Positions 1 to 11,757 are shown, counted from the first letter of the whole stretch. The stretch is 43,325 nt of DNA, filler included, from Jimgerdemannia flammicorona (GCA_003990765.1; 2 parts of 2 records of this genome joined end to end with filler, not necessarily neighbours in it); one strand, 5' to 3'. A program made the numbers and translations. Notes: a model not told the origin generated them from the letters alone.

Positions 1-127
1 AGATACACTTCGAACTCACCCACCCTTCCCCTGCCACTTCAAGAGACTCTGCGAGAGTCAGAACAGTCAAGTTTTCAAGATACAGAAATCTGACGTACTT
101 TCAAGAGTAAGCGTCCGCTACGTTACA
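1..127 (+). mobile_element. 3' end of an LTR related to the dUTPase-Gypsy LTRs (young, CpG-retaining copy, cut by window edge)
   Basis: Reverse complement aligns with 1418-1530, 8914-9030 and 38100-38220. It ends ...GCTACGTTACA (canonical CA end) and keeps CpGs where the other copies have TG/CA/TA. Confidence 0.8.
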
Positions 128-445
128 CTGTATAAAGAAACCACTTATGTTATATAAGATTACATATTATACAGAAATTGCATTTTTTGGAAAATCATCT
201 ATTATGTGAGAAGGAAACCCACTCACTAAGACTATTATATAAAATTGCTACTATAATCAAGAACTGTTCCAATAAGGAAGTTGACTTAAAAATTAACTGC
301 TATATCTAGATTTGACTATTATACTGCTAAATACCAATATTAGAAATTATAAGAAAATTTTGTTACTTTTTGATAAAGTAACTAAGAGCTCAAGCCAAAC
401 TATATTAATCCTCCAATCTTGTAATTTGCCTCCATTGAGCTAGTA

Positions 446-770
446 TGTTACAGTTCTGATCTCTCATCTATATGGATTTCACAAATACACTGATCTCTCA
501 ACTATACAAAATACCTTATAGAAAAAGAAGTCTTAACTTAGCTACTATATTACTAAAAAAACTTATATAAATATCTTTAATATTTAGAATAAATAAACCT
601 CAGATCAAAATAGTTCAAGTAAAGAGATAAGAAACTATTAAGTCTGTAGACAGATATACTTCAAACTTACCCACTCTTATATATGAGAATGCTGAGGAGT
701 TAAAGAAAATTAAGTATTTAAGATAAAGAAATCTGCTGCATTTCTGCTAGTATATATCTTCTATATTATA
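446..770 (+). mobile_element. Degenerate LTR related to the dUTPase-Gypsy LTR family
   Basis: Starts TGTTACAGTTCTGATCT (compare TGTGAYRGTTGATCT). 560-770 aligns with the reverse complement of 1418-1640 and with 1-127. No matching TSD found. Confidence 0.6.
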
Positions 771-1129
771 CTATATTAATAAAATACTATTTTATCTTAT
801 TAATACTAATAAATATTTTTGATCCAAATTTAGTTTATAATTAATTGTATTATTATTAATCTCTATTAATGATAAATTATATTTAATTTAGTTTAGCTTT
901 TGATAGTATTACTTATTAAATATTATAATCTAACTGTAATAGTTTAGTCTAATTTATAAATGATTCAATCTTATACTTATTTAGCTGGCTTATATTTTTA
1001 ATATAATTACTTAATAAAAATAATATTCTTATCTTATTTATACTAGTCTTATTATAGTTAAACTTATTGATTTATTTTTATTCTTATAACTAGTCTTACT
1101 TAGTAAGAATTATTATACTATAGCTTAGC

Positions 1130-1325
1130 TCAACTATATAATATATTATAAATATAGAGTAAATACTAGAGAAGAGTAGGATAAAAGAAGAATATTGTTT
1201 ATTATTTCAGATAGTATATATTTATATAGAAATTAATATTGTAATTTAAGATAATATAGTTATATATATATAAGCTATATAAGTTAAATTATTGAGATAT
1301 AATAATAATAGAAATTTCAATACCC
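1130..1325. repeat. Dispersed AT-rich repeat, second copy at about 17720-17912; probably an eroded LTR of another family
   Basis: TATTATAAATATAGAGTA...TTATTATTTCAGATAGTATATATTTATA...GATATAATAATAATAGAAATTT is present at both loci. Confidence 0.65.
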
Positions 1326-1417
1326 TCACTTAATAAGATAATATATAAAAATATAATATACTGAGCATAATTACAAAATGACTATAAATATACTAAAAGA
1401 ATGCTATCTATCTATAC

Positions 1418-1900
1418 TATAATATAGTGGATATATAACTATATAAATATATCAGATTTCTATATTTTGAAAACTTAATCATCTTTGACCTTAGGATGTA
1501 GGGGTAGATGAGTTTGAAATATATCTGCCTGTAGGCTTACTAGTTTCTTTACTTTCTCTTTACTTTGAACTATTTCAATCTGAGATTTATTTACTCTAGA
1601 TACTGAAGATATTTATACAAGTTTTGCTAGCTATAAGAAGTTAAGTTATGACTATATTTTCTATGAGTCACTTTTTATAAGTATTAATCCTTGATATCTA
1701 TTAAATCATTAATGATTATTAAAACTTTAACATCTGTGAAATCTTGACATTTGTAAAGAGTTTAACATTTATAAAAACTTTAATATTTGTAAAATAACTG
1801 CTATTTATAAGACTATGCTATATTTGGGAATCAGATTTAGGTATTGTGATTAAATATCTATTCCTCTGATTCATATTCCTGATTTAGATCAACTGTTATA
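1418..1900 (-). repeat. 3' LTR of dUTPase-Gypsy copy 1
   Basis: Direct repeat of 8914-9408. Termini eroded from TG..CA to TA..TA. Internal ~20-bp ACATTTGTAAA repeats. Confidence 0.9.
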
Positions 1901-2402
1901 ACTTCTTTCTGAATAGGTGATTTGTCTCTGAAACATCCTATTTACTTGAACTCTCAAGCTTCTATAATTTGTATCTTCTTATACTGTACAATTTGTATCA
2001 TTACATTCTCTCAGTAGTATCTCTTAATGTATCTAAAGTCTCCTAGAACTACTTCTCAGAAATGGGCTAGAGCTGGCTTATCATCTTTAAATAACTTATT
2101 AACTTATTTGGCAATTGTGATCTGAGTATGAGAGAGCTAGCACTCTCTAATTCAGTCTCTTTTCCCATCTCCAGTCATGAGTTTAGTTGCTGTCCCAACT
2201 TGAAGTATTCTTGAAACTCAGTCTAATTCTGGTAGGTCTTGAAATGTGAGATTTGTGACAAGTATGTCTGAATAATGCTCTGAATACTATCAAAGATTTC
2301 TTCTATAATTGGCAGCTTAGTAGTATATTATTGTCTTTCTATAGCTCATTGTGTAGCACTAATGATCTTGAGGGCTGTGGCAGTACTCTGTTAATTAGCA
2401 AT
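1901..2402 (-). pseudogene. Accessory ORF downstream of integrase (unknown function), dUTPase-Gypsy copy 1
   Basis: The frame overlapping the pol stop reads ...LPIIEEIFDSIQSIIQTYLSQISHFKTYQN*TEFQEYFKLGQQL...HTQITIAK*VNKLFKDDKPALAHF*EVVLGDFRYI. It has one frameshift that is absent in copy 2. Aligns without gaps to the core of the 31958-32788 ORF. Confidence 0.7.
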
Positions 2403-5059
2403 GATACTTCTTGAGTTGATTTTGGTAAATAGTAGTAGAGATAATTGTGCATGAGAGTTTTAATAGCCAAAAGGTAGTTCTTTTATATTTTACACAAGGT
2501 AAGATCCTTCTCACTTAGGCTCTAGTTTTTGTGATCATAAAGCTTCTACTATATTTCAATATACTAGGACTTTGTCTCTTATCTTGATAATCTCAAGGAG
2601 CTTGTGAATCTTTTTTACATTATTCTATTATAGTATCTGTACCTTGGTTATGTAATCCTCAGCCTTCTTCCTAATTTGGTATAGTCTCTATATTTCTATA
2701 TTTACATGTTTCTATATAGTATCTCCATTAGATAATAAGGTTTTCTGAGAACTTTTTTCTCTAAACAGTATCTCTTGAGGAGTGAAATGGGTACTTTGTG
2801 ATTAAATATCCTGAAGAGTAGATAATGCTATTGGCAGATAGTGATTCCAGTTTTTGTATTTATCACAGATCTTAGCAATAACATTCTTGAAAGTCTTATT
2901 TGTTCTTTCTACTTGTTTATTTCTCTGAGAGTAATAGGCTGTAGTCTGAATATACTAGATCTTGTACTTCTTATAGAGAACCTCAAAGAACTAGTTCACA
3001 AATTCTGTTTCTCTATCTGTAGTTACTTGCACTGGAGTCTTAAATTAGCAGATGATTTCTTTATAAAAGAAATCAGCAATTGACTGTACATTGACTTCCT
3101 TGAGGGGTTCTGCCTCTATTTATTGTAAAAAGGTCCATGATGATAATGATGTATCAGTTACCAGTCAAAGTCAAGAGTAGAGGACCAATTATGTCTATTA
3201 TAATGTGTGTAAAGGGTACTGGTTCTATTATGCTAATCCTGGAGTCTGATTTTATTACTCTTATTTCTGTTTCTAGTATTTATCACAGATTATGACAAAT
3301 TGTCTGATATCTTCCTCCATTTCTGACTATCACATTGTTCTTCTTATTTTACATATGTGTTTATTTCTCCTAGATGGCCAAGTTCATGTACTGATTTCAT
3401 TAATTGCTCCTTCATGTGTTTGGATATAACTAGTAGCTTTCCTTTCTTCAGTATTTCACCATTGGTCTCAAATTGTTTCTATGTTCTATTGATAATTATT
3501 TGTGTCCATTCTTCCAGATGTTGGGGCATCTTTCACTATCTCAGATAGGTGATAATTCTATAGTAGAGTTCTTTATTCATGATTGATTTATTGGTTGGAA
3601 GTTCTTTGGGATATCAAAGAGAGGGTATCTGCATTGGCATTGATTCTTCTAGTGTAGTGCAAAATGGTTACTTTATAGGCTTGCAACTTCATAATCTATC
3701 CAGCATAGATTTTTTTGAGTTGTCTAGTGGTCAGCAGCTAAGTAAGAGTGGAGTGGTCTGTCTGGATAGTAAAGTATCTTTCTGCAAGATAGTAGTGAAA
3801 CTTCTCTATAGCCCAGATGACTGCAAGACATTCCAACTTATAGGATTTATACTCTTTTTCAGCTTCTTGGGTTTCAGCTGAGATATGTAATGATATATTC
3901 TACTTTGTCTTTCTTTTGAGTCAGGACAGCTCTTAGTCCTTGGGCACTTATATCTGTCTGCAGAATGAATTCTTGAGTCCAATCAGGTCTTCTAAGGATG
4001 GATGCTTGGGTCAGCCTGATCTTGAGCTCATCAAATGCTTTCTATTATCTGCTAGTCTATTGGAACTTGATACATATTCTTTTTGTTGAGTTTGTAGATT
4101 GGGTCTGTAATATTAGAGAATTCTCTAATTAGTATAAGGTGAGTCCCATAAAGGCTTGGACTTCAGTATCTATAGTGGGCCTTGGGTATGAATCTTGAGA
4201 GAGTCTGTATATATTCCATCTTAATTATTGATGTGACCAAAATAGAAGATCTCAATTTCCACAAATTTGTACTTCTTAGACTTAATATAAAGATTATGCT
4301 ATCTTAGCTTCTCTATTATCTGCTGGATGTACTGTAGATATTCTTCAGCTATCTTACTGTAGATAATAATATCTTCCATATAAACTATTATCTATCTTCT
4401 CATATTATAGTAGAAGATTTTATTCATCATTTACTGAAGCTTGCTAGTATATTGCAAATTCCAAATAGCATTCACAGATAGACATATGTAGGTTCTATCT
4501 GGGGTAATGAAGGCTGATTTTTCACTTGCTACTTTGGTGAGACCACTCTGATAGAATTCTGAGTATAAATCCAAGATACTATAGTACTGTACTTTATCTC
4601 CCAAAGTTGCAAAGATATTGCTGATGAGGGGCAGTTGTTGGCAATTCTTCTTTATAGCCAGGTTGAGCTTCCTGTAATTAGTGCAGAGTCTTGGGACAGA
4701 TTCTTCTAGTTTGCTTCCTTTTATATGACTGGTGAAGCCCAAGGGCTACTGGCTTCTTTGATGATACTAGCTTCTTTCATCTGCTTGATTTCTTCTCTGA
4801 GTCATTTACAATAGACTGGTAGAATTGGTCTTGCTTTTTGATAGATTGGTTCAGTATCTCCTATGTCTACATCATGATAGTAGTGTAGAGTCTTTCCCTT
4901 AATATTCTTGAAATCTGTGGCCAGAATATCCTCAAATTCATAAAGTATCTTCTTGAGTTCCTTCTTAAGTGGGAATTTGTTTTCAATGGTATAGCTATGC
5001 TTGTTTGTAGTTTTCTCCTTCTTGTGATCTAGTTCTGTGATCTTAGTACTGATGAATAC

Positions 5060-5490
5060 TCCTCTTTCAATGGATCTAAATTCTTTCCTTCTTCTTTCTA
5101 TTTTCTCCAACTTCTTGACTTCTATGATCTTTAGCTGAAGAACTGAGAAGATTAACATCTGTACCAATCAGTTCTTCTTCTTGATTGAAAATGGAATTGT
5201 GGGGTTGTGGTTTCTAGCAATGAGTAGTATTTCTCTAATATAGTCTAAATCAATGACTCCTCCTTCAATAGTAATCTCACTCTTGACCAGACTGCTTCTT
5301 GTCTTGAGGATCCTGACATGGTTCTTTGGAATGGCCATTTTCAGACTAGTTGTAAGCAGGGTGGTTGTCTGGGGCACTAGTATAGTTTCTTCTACTGTAG
5401 TAATATATATTTCAGCTGCATTCTCTGACTTGTATTCTGGTAGAACTGCATCAGGATAGATTTTCTAAATCTTGACCTTGATTTCTTCTT
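5060..5490 (-). pseudogene. dut: Trimeric dUTPase domain between protease and RT
   Basis: Motif 2 KTRSSL, motif 3 EGGVIDLDYIREI (GVIDxDYxGEI), motif 4 LVQML, motif 5 ERRRKEFRSIE (ERGKKGFRSTE in copy 2; RGxxGFGSTG). Confidence 0.88.
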
Positions 5491-6279
5491 TGCTATCACT
5501 GTTCTCTAGGAGTTCTGGTGATTTGTCATTCTCTTTCTCCTTCTTTTCTTATCTTGCCTGTTTCTTGAGAGCCTTCTGTCTTCTTTTATGGTAGATTTTC
5601 TTGATTCTGCTAATATACTAATAGCAATCATCAATATATTTTATACAGTATATCTTAATTCCATGAGGGAAGACTCCTTATAGTGTATATCCTTTAATGA
5701 TCCTCTTGCACCATTCTTTCTCACTAATCCATCTGACTTTCTTTTTCTTATTCTGAGTAGTCACCATGTAGACTTCTTCTTGCTTGCTTTCTTTCTTATT
5801 CCTCTATCTCAGGCAGTACTTCTTTATTGACATTGATGGGAATTCACATCTTCTGACCTTAGTAGATAATCTGTATCTTCTGGACATTGAGGTCAATTAT
5901 TGCTCTAACTTTATGAATCCACTGGTTGCCAATGAAGATATTATAGTTGGTAGTATTGGTTATAATCACATTTACTAGGATGGTTGCTCCTCCAAACTTG
6001 ATAAGAACATCTCAGATCTTTCCTAGAGATGTGGCTCTTGTGCCATCTGCTGTGATGAACATCAATTTGATTACTTCTTCAATCTCCCAATCTAGGTGGT
6101 CTACTGCTTTATTGCTAAGAAGATATTCTTCTGCTCTAGTATCAATAATGGCCTCAAAGATTCTATCTTAGATTTGATAGGTTGTATAGGCAGATGTCTT
6201 GCAATTATCTTCACTCTCTTCTTGAGTCTTCTTGAATATTGTTGGTCTTGGTTATCTTCCATCCTTGTTCCTTAGTTAT

Positions 6280-6282
<3 letters not shown>

Positions 6283-6345
<63 letters not shown>

Positions 6346-7514
6346 GACTCAATGTCCTGTAGATTTTTATTGTAAGGGAACCTAGACTATATAGGCTAAA
6401 ACCCTCTCCCACCACCCATCAAGCACTGCCCCCTCATTAACCTAGGCTAGCTATTGTTCAGCAGCTTAACCATGCCAGGTACAGTAGGGCCTATATTGGT
6501 CAGCACCTCATTCTGTGCACTATACTCTCCCTATCACCAGGGAGAACCCAGCCATATACCAATGACCAAAAGTGTATGCCCGAGACTCCAACATATGTAC
6601 AAGGCCACACTTAAGCTGAATAGAATAGCCCCTGTCACCCCAAAGAGAATGACAGGCAAAGAAAAAACCCTCATCAAAGTACATCACAGTGGGTAGGGCC
6701 TGGTTCTCCCAGTTGAGATGAGTAAAGGACTTATACATGAGGCAGGAGGAGACCCCCAATACCCCACTACTCAAGCCTGTAGGCCTTTATCATATTGCCA
6801 TATCAGCTCTCAGTTTTAGTTGAGTGTAGCCAAGATGCCTAAAATAGGTAGCCTTGGGCCCCCTGCCCCCTCCAATAATTAGGGCTCAATCTGCTGAATT
6901 ACCAAAAGAAGCTAAGAGTAATACCTACCACCTAACCACTCTGTACCAATCAAAAGGCCCCCCAAAGCAGCACCCACCCCAGCCCCAACAACCACCCCCA
7001 GCCTGGCACCCTACTGGTTTACTATAATCACTCTTCCTCCTATCTGTGATAGCTATCTCTCCTCCCATTCTGACAATACCTGAAAAGCAGTCACCTATAC
7101 CAGAACTATACTCGCTGGGAAGCTCACCAAAGCCAGAGAGCTCTACCACAGGTACTGAGGACCTGCAGATAACCTATACTGAGCACTTGATGCCCAAGGT
7201 TGACTGACTCCCTATGCAGTCTGTGATATACTGAGACAGCACCCTATTGGCGATGGCAAAAGAAAGAAGGGACTACACCAAAACAGATGCACTCCAGATA
7301 TAGCCAAAGGCACCAGAAATCACAAAAAAGTGGAGAAGACACTGATCTGATACTGATAAAGGGACAACTCATCACCATTGCCTTCCCCCCACTGCCCTGC
7401 AATAGGTACTGCAAATCAACCCAAGGTAGAGGGGGTAATAGTTGTGGAAAGTGGACTTGGAAGGTTGTCTACCAACCCATTGCGACCAGTAAGATAGCAG
7501 AGAAAGGGGCATTA
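6283..7514 (-). mobile_element. 5'-truncated LINE insertion (essentially the 3' UTR) with poly(A) tail
   Basis: T59 at 6283-6341. Perfect 16-bp TSD GTTCCTTAGTTATCTC at 6267-6282 and 7515-7530. The body aligns with 21715-22208, 23778-23975 and 24067-24530 of the full-length LINE. Confidence 0.93.
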
Positions 7515-8913
7515 GTTCCTTAGTTATCTCAGTAAGTCTACATCTCATTTGCTATCTGAATGTGGATATTTCTGCTAGCTGGTCAAAGGTTGTATTGACC
7601 TTTTGTTGACTGAGGTCCTTGAAGATATTATACTTAAAAGTCTTGATCTTGCAAAGCTTCTTCTTCTTTTCTTCTTCACTGGCTAGAGTAGTTCCTCAAA
7701 TAATATCTTGAACAGCCTGTTCCAGCTCTATATCTTGATCTATTTCTTCATCTTGGCTTTCTGTAGCAGTTTCTATCTATTTTTCTATAGGGTTCTTCTT
7801 GGGTCTTCCTGGTAGTCTCTTATAGAGTTGCTTGTAAACATTCTTCTTGACAGTCTCAGTAAGGTAAGCTTCCTATTTTTCTTTATCTGATTCTCCAATC
7901 TCCTCAAAGATAATAGTGTTGATCTGTTCCTTATTTTGAGTAGCATTGCTTGGCTGGGCTTTACATTTGATTTTGTTCATATATTCATATAAGTAGTGGC
8001 CTTCTTCTACACAGATGTAGCAGATATCTCACTTTTTGTCTACAGTGACAGCAAACTTCTGAACTAGGCAGCAGTCTCTTTCTCTAATTTTTTTTACCAT
8101 ATCTTCTAGGTAGGCTGTCATTTTGGCAAACTTCTTAATAAGTTCCTCTATTATGTGACTGTTTCTCTACTACTTAGTAGCTCTTGGCTGAGGTATATTT
8201 TAATTGATCACTGTGATAGAGATCATACTAGTTGCCTTGGGTGCTTCAATTCTAACTTCAGTAACTCTTTCTATTATATAATCTTATAGATATCTGGCTA
8301 TCCAATATTGCTGAGCATAGGTAACCTTTTGTACTAGGTCCAGGACAACTAGTGATGAGCAGATAGTTAGGGCTATCTCTGAGTAGACTTCTTTTATAAA
8401 GGTTATCTCAGCTACTTGATCTCAGATAGCAGCAGTATAATCTGCAAAGATTATCTGATATCAGATTCTATTGTAGAATATGTTTAGATCCTCATTCATT
8501 CCTTGATATATTATATTGAGCTGATTCTTCAGGGCTTCTCAATCTTGTTTATATAGTAGGTGGTTCAGAGCCAGGCCTTCTATACTGCTAGCATAGTATC
8601 ATCATCATTTTCTATATAGATTATAGCTATAAATACTGCTCTTACTGGTCCTCAGAAACTGAAGAACATGAGGCTACTTACTGTCTTGCTGTCAGAGTCC
8701 TTATAGCAATATACTGCTCAAAGTTATTAATGAATATAATAATCAATTCATCTGAGATATGTATGTATATCTGTGGAATACTGGTGGTCTTATATCCATA
8801 TTGTCTGGATGTCTTGGTTTGATTTATATGGTTATTTAGGTGATAACAGTTATTTATTATTCAGCTTGAAAGTGAGGAATTCATCTTGAATTATTAGCCA
8901 ATAGGCACTAAGT

Positions 8914-9408
8914 TATAATGTGGCAGACACATAACTGTATAAATATATCAGATTTCTATATTTCTAAAACTTAATCTTCTTTGACTCTGCAGAGTCCTTA
9001 GAATATAGGGATAGGTGGCTTTAAAGTATATCTACTCATAGGCTTACTAGTTTCTTTGTTTTCTCTTTGCTTTAAACTATTTTGATCTGAGGTTTATTCA
9101 CTCTAGATACTGGGAATATTTATACAAGTTTTGCTAGCTATAAGATAGCTAAGTTATGACTATGTTTTCTGTGAGTCACTTTTCATAAGTATTAATTCTT
9201 GACATCTGTTAAATCTTGGATAATTATTAAAACTTTAATATCTATGAAATCTTGACATTTGTAAAGAGTTAAAAATTTATGAAAACTTTAATATTTGTAA
9301 AATGACTACTATTTGTAAAGCTATATTATATTTGGAAATCAGATTCAGATACTGTGATCAAATATCTATTCCTCTAATTTATGTTCCTGATTCAGATCAA
9401 CTATCACA
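8914..9408 (-). repeat. 5' LTR of dUTPase-Gypsy copy 1
   Basis: Begins TGTGATAG on the minus strand, is a direct repeat of 1418-1900 and is flanked by the TSD ATAC. Confidence 0.9.
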
Positions 9409-9970
9409 ATACTTAAAGAATTAGAACCTATAGTAAAAATAAAGAATATAAATATATAGATTTTAGAAGTAGAAAATCTCAAATATAGAAGAAGAAAAAC
9501 TAGTGAATAATAATGAAATATTTGAGAGATATAGGAAGATGTATTGTTTTCTGCTTTCTTTTTATTATAAAATATTCTATAATTATCTATTATTGGTATA
9601 TAGTTTTATTGCTGATATATAGTTTATTATTCTATTATTAGTTACTATAGAGTTATCTGTAAGACTTATTTTTTCTGCACATATATTGAACTTTGTTTTT
9701 GAAAGAGCTTTTATAAGTAGATTCACAATCATTTATTCTATAAGGAGGTATTCTAGATATATAGTCTCATTTTCTATATATTTTTTTATATAATGATACT
9801 ATATATTAACATGTTTTGTTCTAGTATAATTAATAGGATTCTTTGTCATTACTATGGTTGATTAATTGTCCTGATGGATAAATATAGAGTACTCCTGATC
9901 AAAGCCAAAATTCTTTAATAAATAGCTTTCTTTATTGCTATAGATAATACTTGATACTCTACTTATATAG

Positions 9971-11544
9971 TGTCATATAGTAGTTGCTGAGTCCTTCAAA
10001 TATGTCAGATTCTCTTCAAGGTGTATCTTTTAGATTAACTCAAGTTTATTATAAGTAAGTTCTTATTGGAGTGCCTTCCCAAGATCTTATAGTCCTCAAA
10101 CTTCTTATCTTTAAACTGCCTTGTTATTTCTTTAGATTACTTGCAAGGAAGTGTGTGTAAGTGAACTTGACTGACTTTATTTCAGAAGAAATAAGAAGGG
10201 TATTTATACAAAATATAATTCAATAGTTGCTAAGATATAAAGCTAAATATAAATTCTAATAACCAAATAAAATGCTGGAATATAGAAAACTGCCAAGTTT
10301 CAGGGTTGGCACAGATGGTTGCACAGGTTCAGGATGCTGGTATAATTTTGGTGATATAGGAAAATAGTGCTAGAATAATCCTGAGTCATAAGATCAGAAT
10401 GCTGGTGGAGGAACAGCTGTTATACAGGAAAAGGATGCTGGCATAATTCAGTGTAACTAAGGGACTTAGAGCAGAATGTTCAGGACCATGGTGGCTTCAT
10501 CCTCATCATTACTGTCCTCAAAGGAGATGAGATCTGTGAACATTTCAGTCTTATTGCATAGGTCATATTTCACATGCTTTGCACATATTGCATAGAATGA
10601 CATCATTGCCAATGACATCATTATGTTCAGTGGAAGCAAGAACAGAGAGGTCTGGGGCTCTCCAGTCTATGAGGTTCTCTTCTACAAAATAGGGAACAAA
10701 TGTGGGGTCTTGGGGAGGTCTAACCTGGATGCTTGGGCCTTGGAATACTGAGATCAATCCTTACAGAAATTGATCTGGGTTGTCCTGGAGGATGGGATGC
10801 CAGAAGTCTTCTACTTTATCACTATTGAGGGTGATGGTGGACTGGGCTTCTGTAGCCACTATGACTTCTAATACATTGATATGGTAGGCTGACAGATCTC
10901 TGAAATCTGAGACTCTAACATACTCCAAGTTGGGGATCAGCCATGGTGCATGCCTGAAGATCTGATGAATCTTCTTAGCTGTCCTTACTTCTCGTATATC
11001 CATGAGAGTGGTATCTTGTAACTCTTGGAGGCTGGTCTGTGGGAACTCCTGGCAGAGAAGGTTTTCTATTTCATACTTCTGAAATATTTAGAGGTATTTG
11101 GTAGCAATGGTGATTCTTGTTTCCATCTTACAGTAGTAGAGAATAAAGTGATAAGAATCTGCAGTACCCAGGTTGAGGCTAGAAGTCCTTATATGAGTCC
11201 TCATAGCTCTTCTGATGTCTTGGAATATCTTTTCTTTGACTGAGATACCTTAGTGGTTTCTTGACTTTGAGGTTTAGTGAGCAGCAGGCATTTTGTTTGT
11301 GATAAGTCTTTGAGCTATTTTGGGATTAGTGGGTCTTGTTGAGTTACTGCTACTGTGGTTCCTTGATCCTTCTTTTATATTCCTCAAAATGCCTGAACTG
11401 TGGTCACAATGACTCACAGTTGGTCATCATTACTCATCTCATAGTCTGAGTCATACTGTATGATCTTCTTGTATTCTGATCTGGTGGCTTGCAAGAAAAG
11501 GCTGTCTTTTGTGCTAATGTCATCATTCTGAGGACACTGTTATA
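9971..11544 (-). mobile_element. 1.57-kb solo LTR containing an internal ORF (copy A)
   Basis: Minus strand T(G>A)TAACAGTG...TATGACA, 4-bp TSD ATAG (9967-9970 and 11545-11548). Colinear over its whole length with 22209-23773. Contains a TATAAATA...AATAAA core. Confidence 0.88.
10466..11291 (-). pseudogene. LTR-encoded accessory ORF, about 275 codons (copy A)
   Basis: ATG at 11291 (MPAAH*...) is in frame with the track ORFs 10761-11003 and 10563-10757. Several TAA stops are CAA in copy B. It ends ...MFTDLISFEDSNDEDEATMVLNILL*. Homologous to 31958-32788. Confidence 0.85.
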
Positions 11545-11757
11545 ATAGATGCCATTACTACTGAGTGCTGCTTATATATTTATATTAAAATAGAGACTTC
11601 TTATTATCAATTTAAAAGAGATATCTAATTACAAATTGACAGTTATCTAAGTCTCCAGCCCAATCAGTATTATATACACCAGATAGTTATATTTTATTAT
11701 CCTTATCTTTACTACTTTTGCTCAATTTACTGAAAGTGAACATATAGTATATATACT

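Larger units (their letters stand above)
2395..8880 (-). pseudogene. pol: Degenerate gag-pol (interrupted by the LINE insertion at 6283-7514)
   Basis: Zn knuckle CYICVEEGHYLYEY (~7985-8025); protease FEAIIDTRA, i.e. DTGA (~6130-6160); RT PRLCTNYRKLN, LDLYSEFYQ, VYMEDII (~4370-4700); RNase H FILQTDISAQGLRAVL (~3930-3975); integrase core (~2750-3400); GPY/F-like KLEPK*EGSY (~2500-2530). The gag start is approximate. Confidence 0.9.
1418..9408 (-). mobile_element. Full-length degenerate Ty3/Gypsy LTR retrotransposon, order gag-PR-dUTPase-RT-RH-IN plus a 3' accessory ORF
   Basis: Two ~490-bp LTRs (1418-1900, 8914-9408), 4-bp TSD ATAC (1414-1417 and 9409-9412), purine tract on the minus strand at about 1901-1911. 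Gypsy domain order is readable through stops and frameshifts. Confidence 0.92.

Noticed and set aside
2841..3881. Hydrophobic plus-strand ORFs (also 12275-12541, 12978-13196, 39551-39742) as membrane proteins
   Set aside because: They are antisense to degenerate pol sequences or lie within T-rich repeat arms, so composition explains the hydrophobicity.
6283..6341. Long poly(T) tracts as assembly artefacts or terminators
   Set aside because: Both tracts (also 23976-24040) are bracketed by TSDs, as expected for retrotransposed poly(A) tails. Their exact lengths may still be inaccurate.
8890..8913. Primer-binding site of the dUTPase-Gypsy
   Set aside because: Minus-strand ACTTAGTGCCTATTGGC may be an eroded TGGTGCC-type PBS, but it is too mutated to assign a tRNA.
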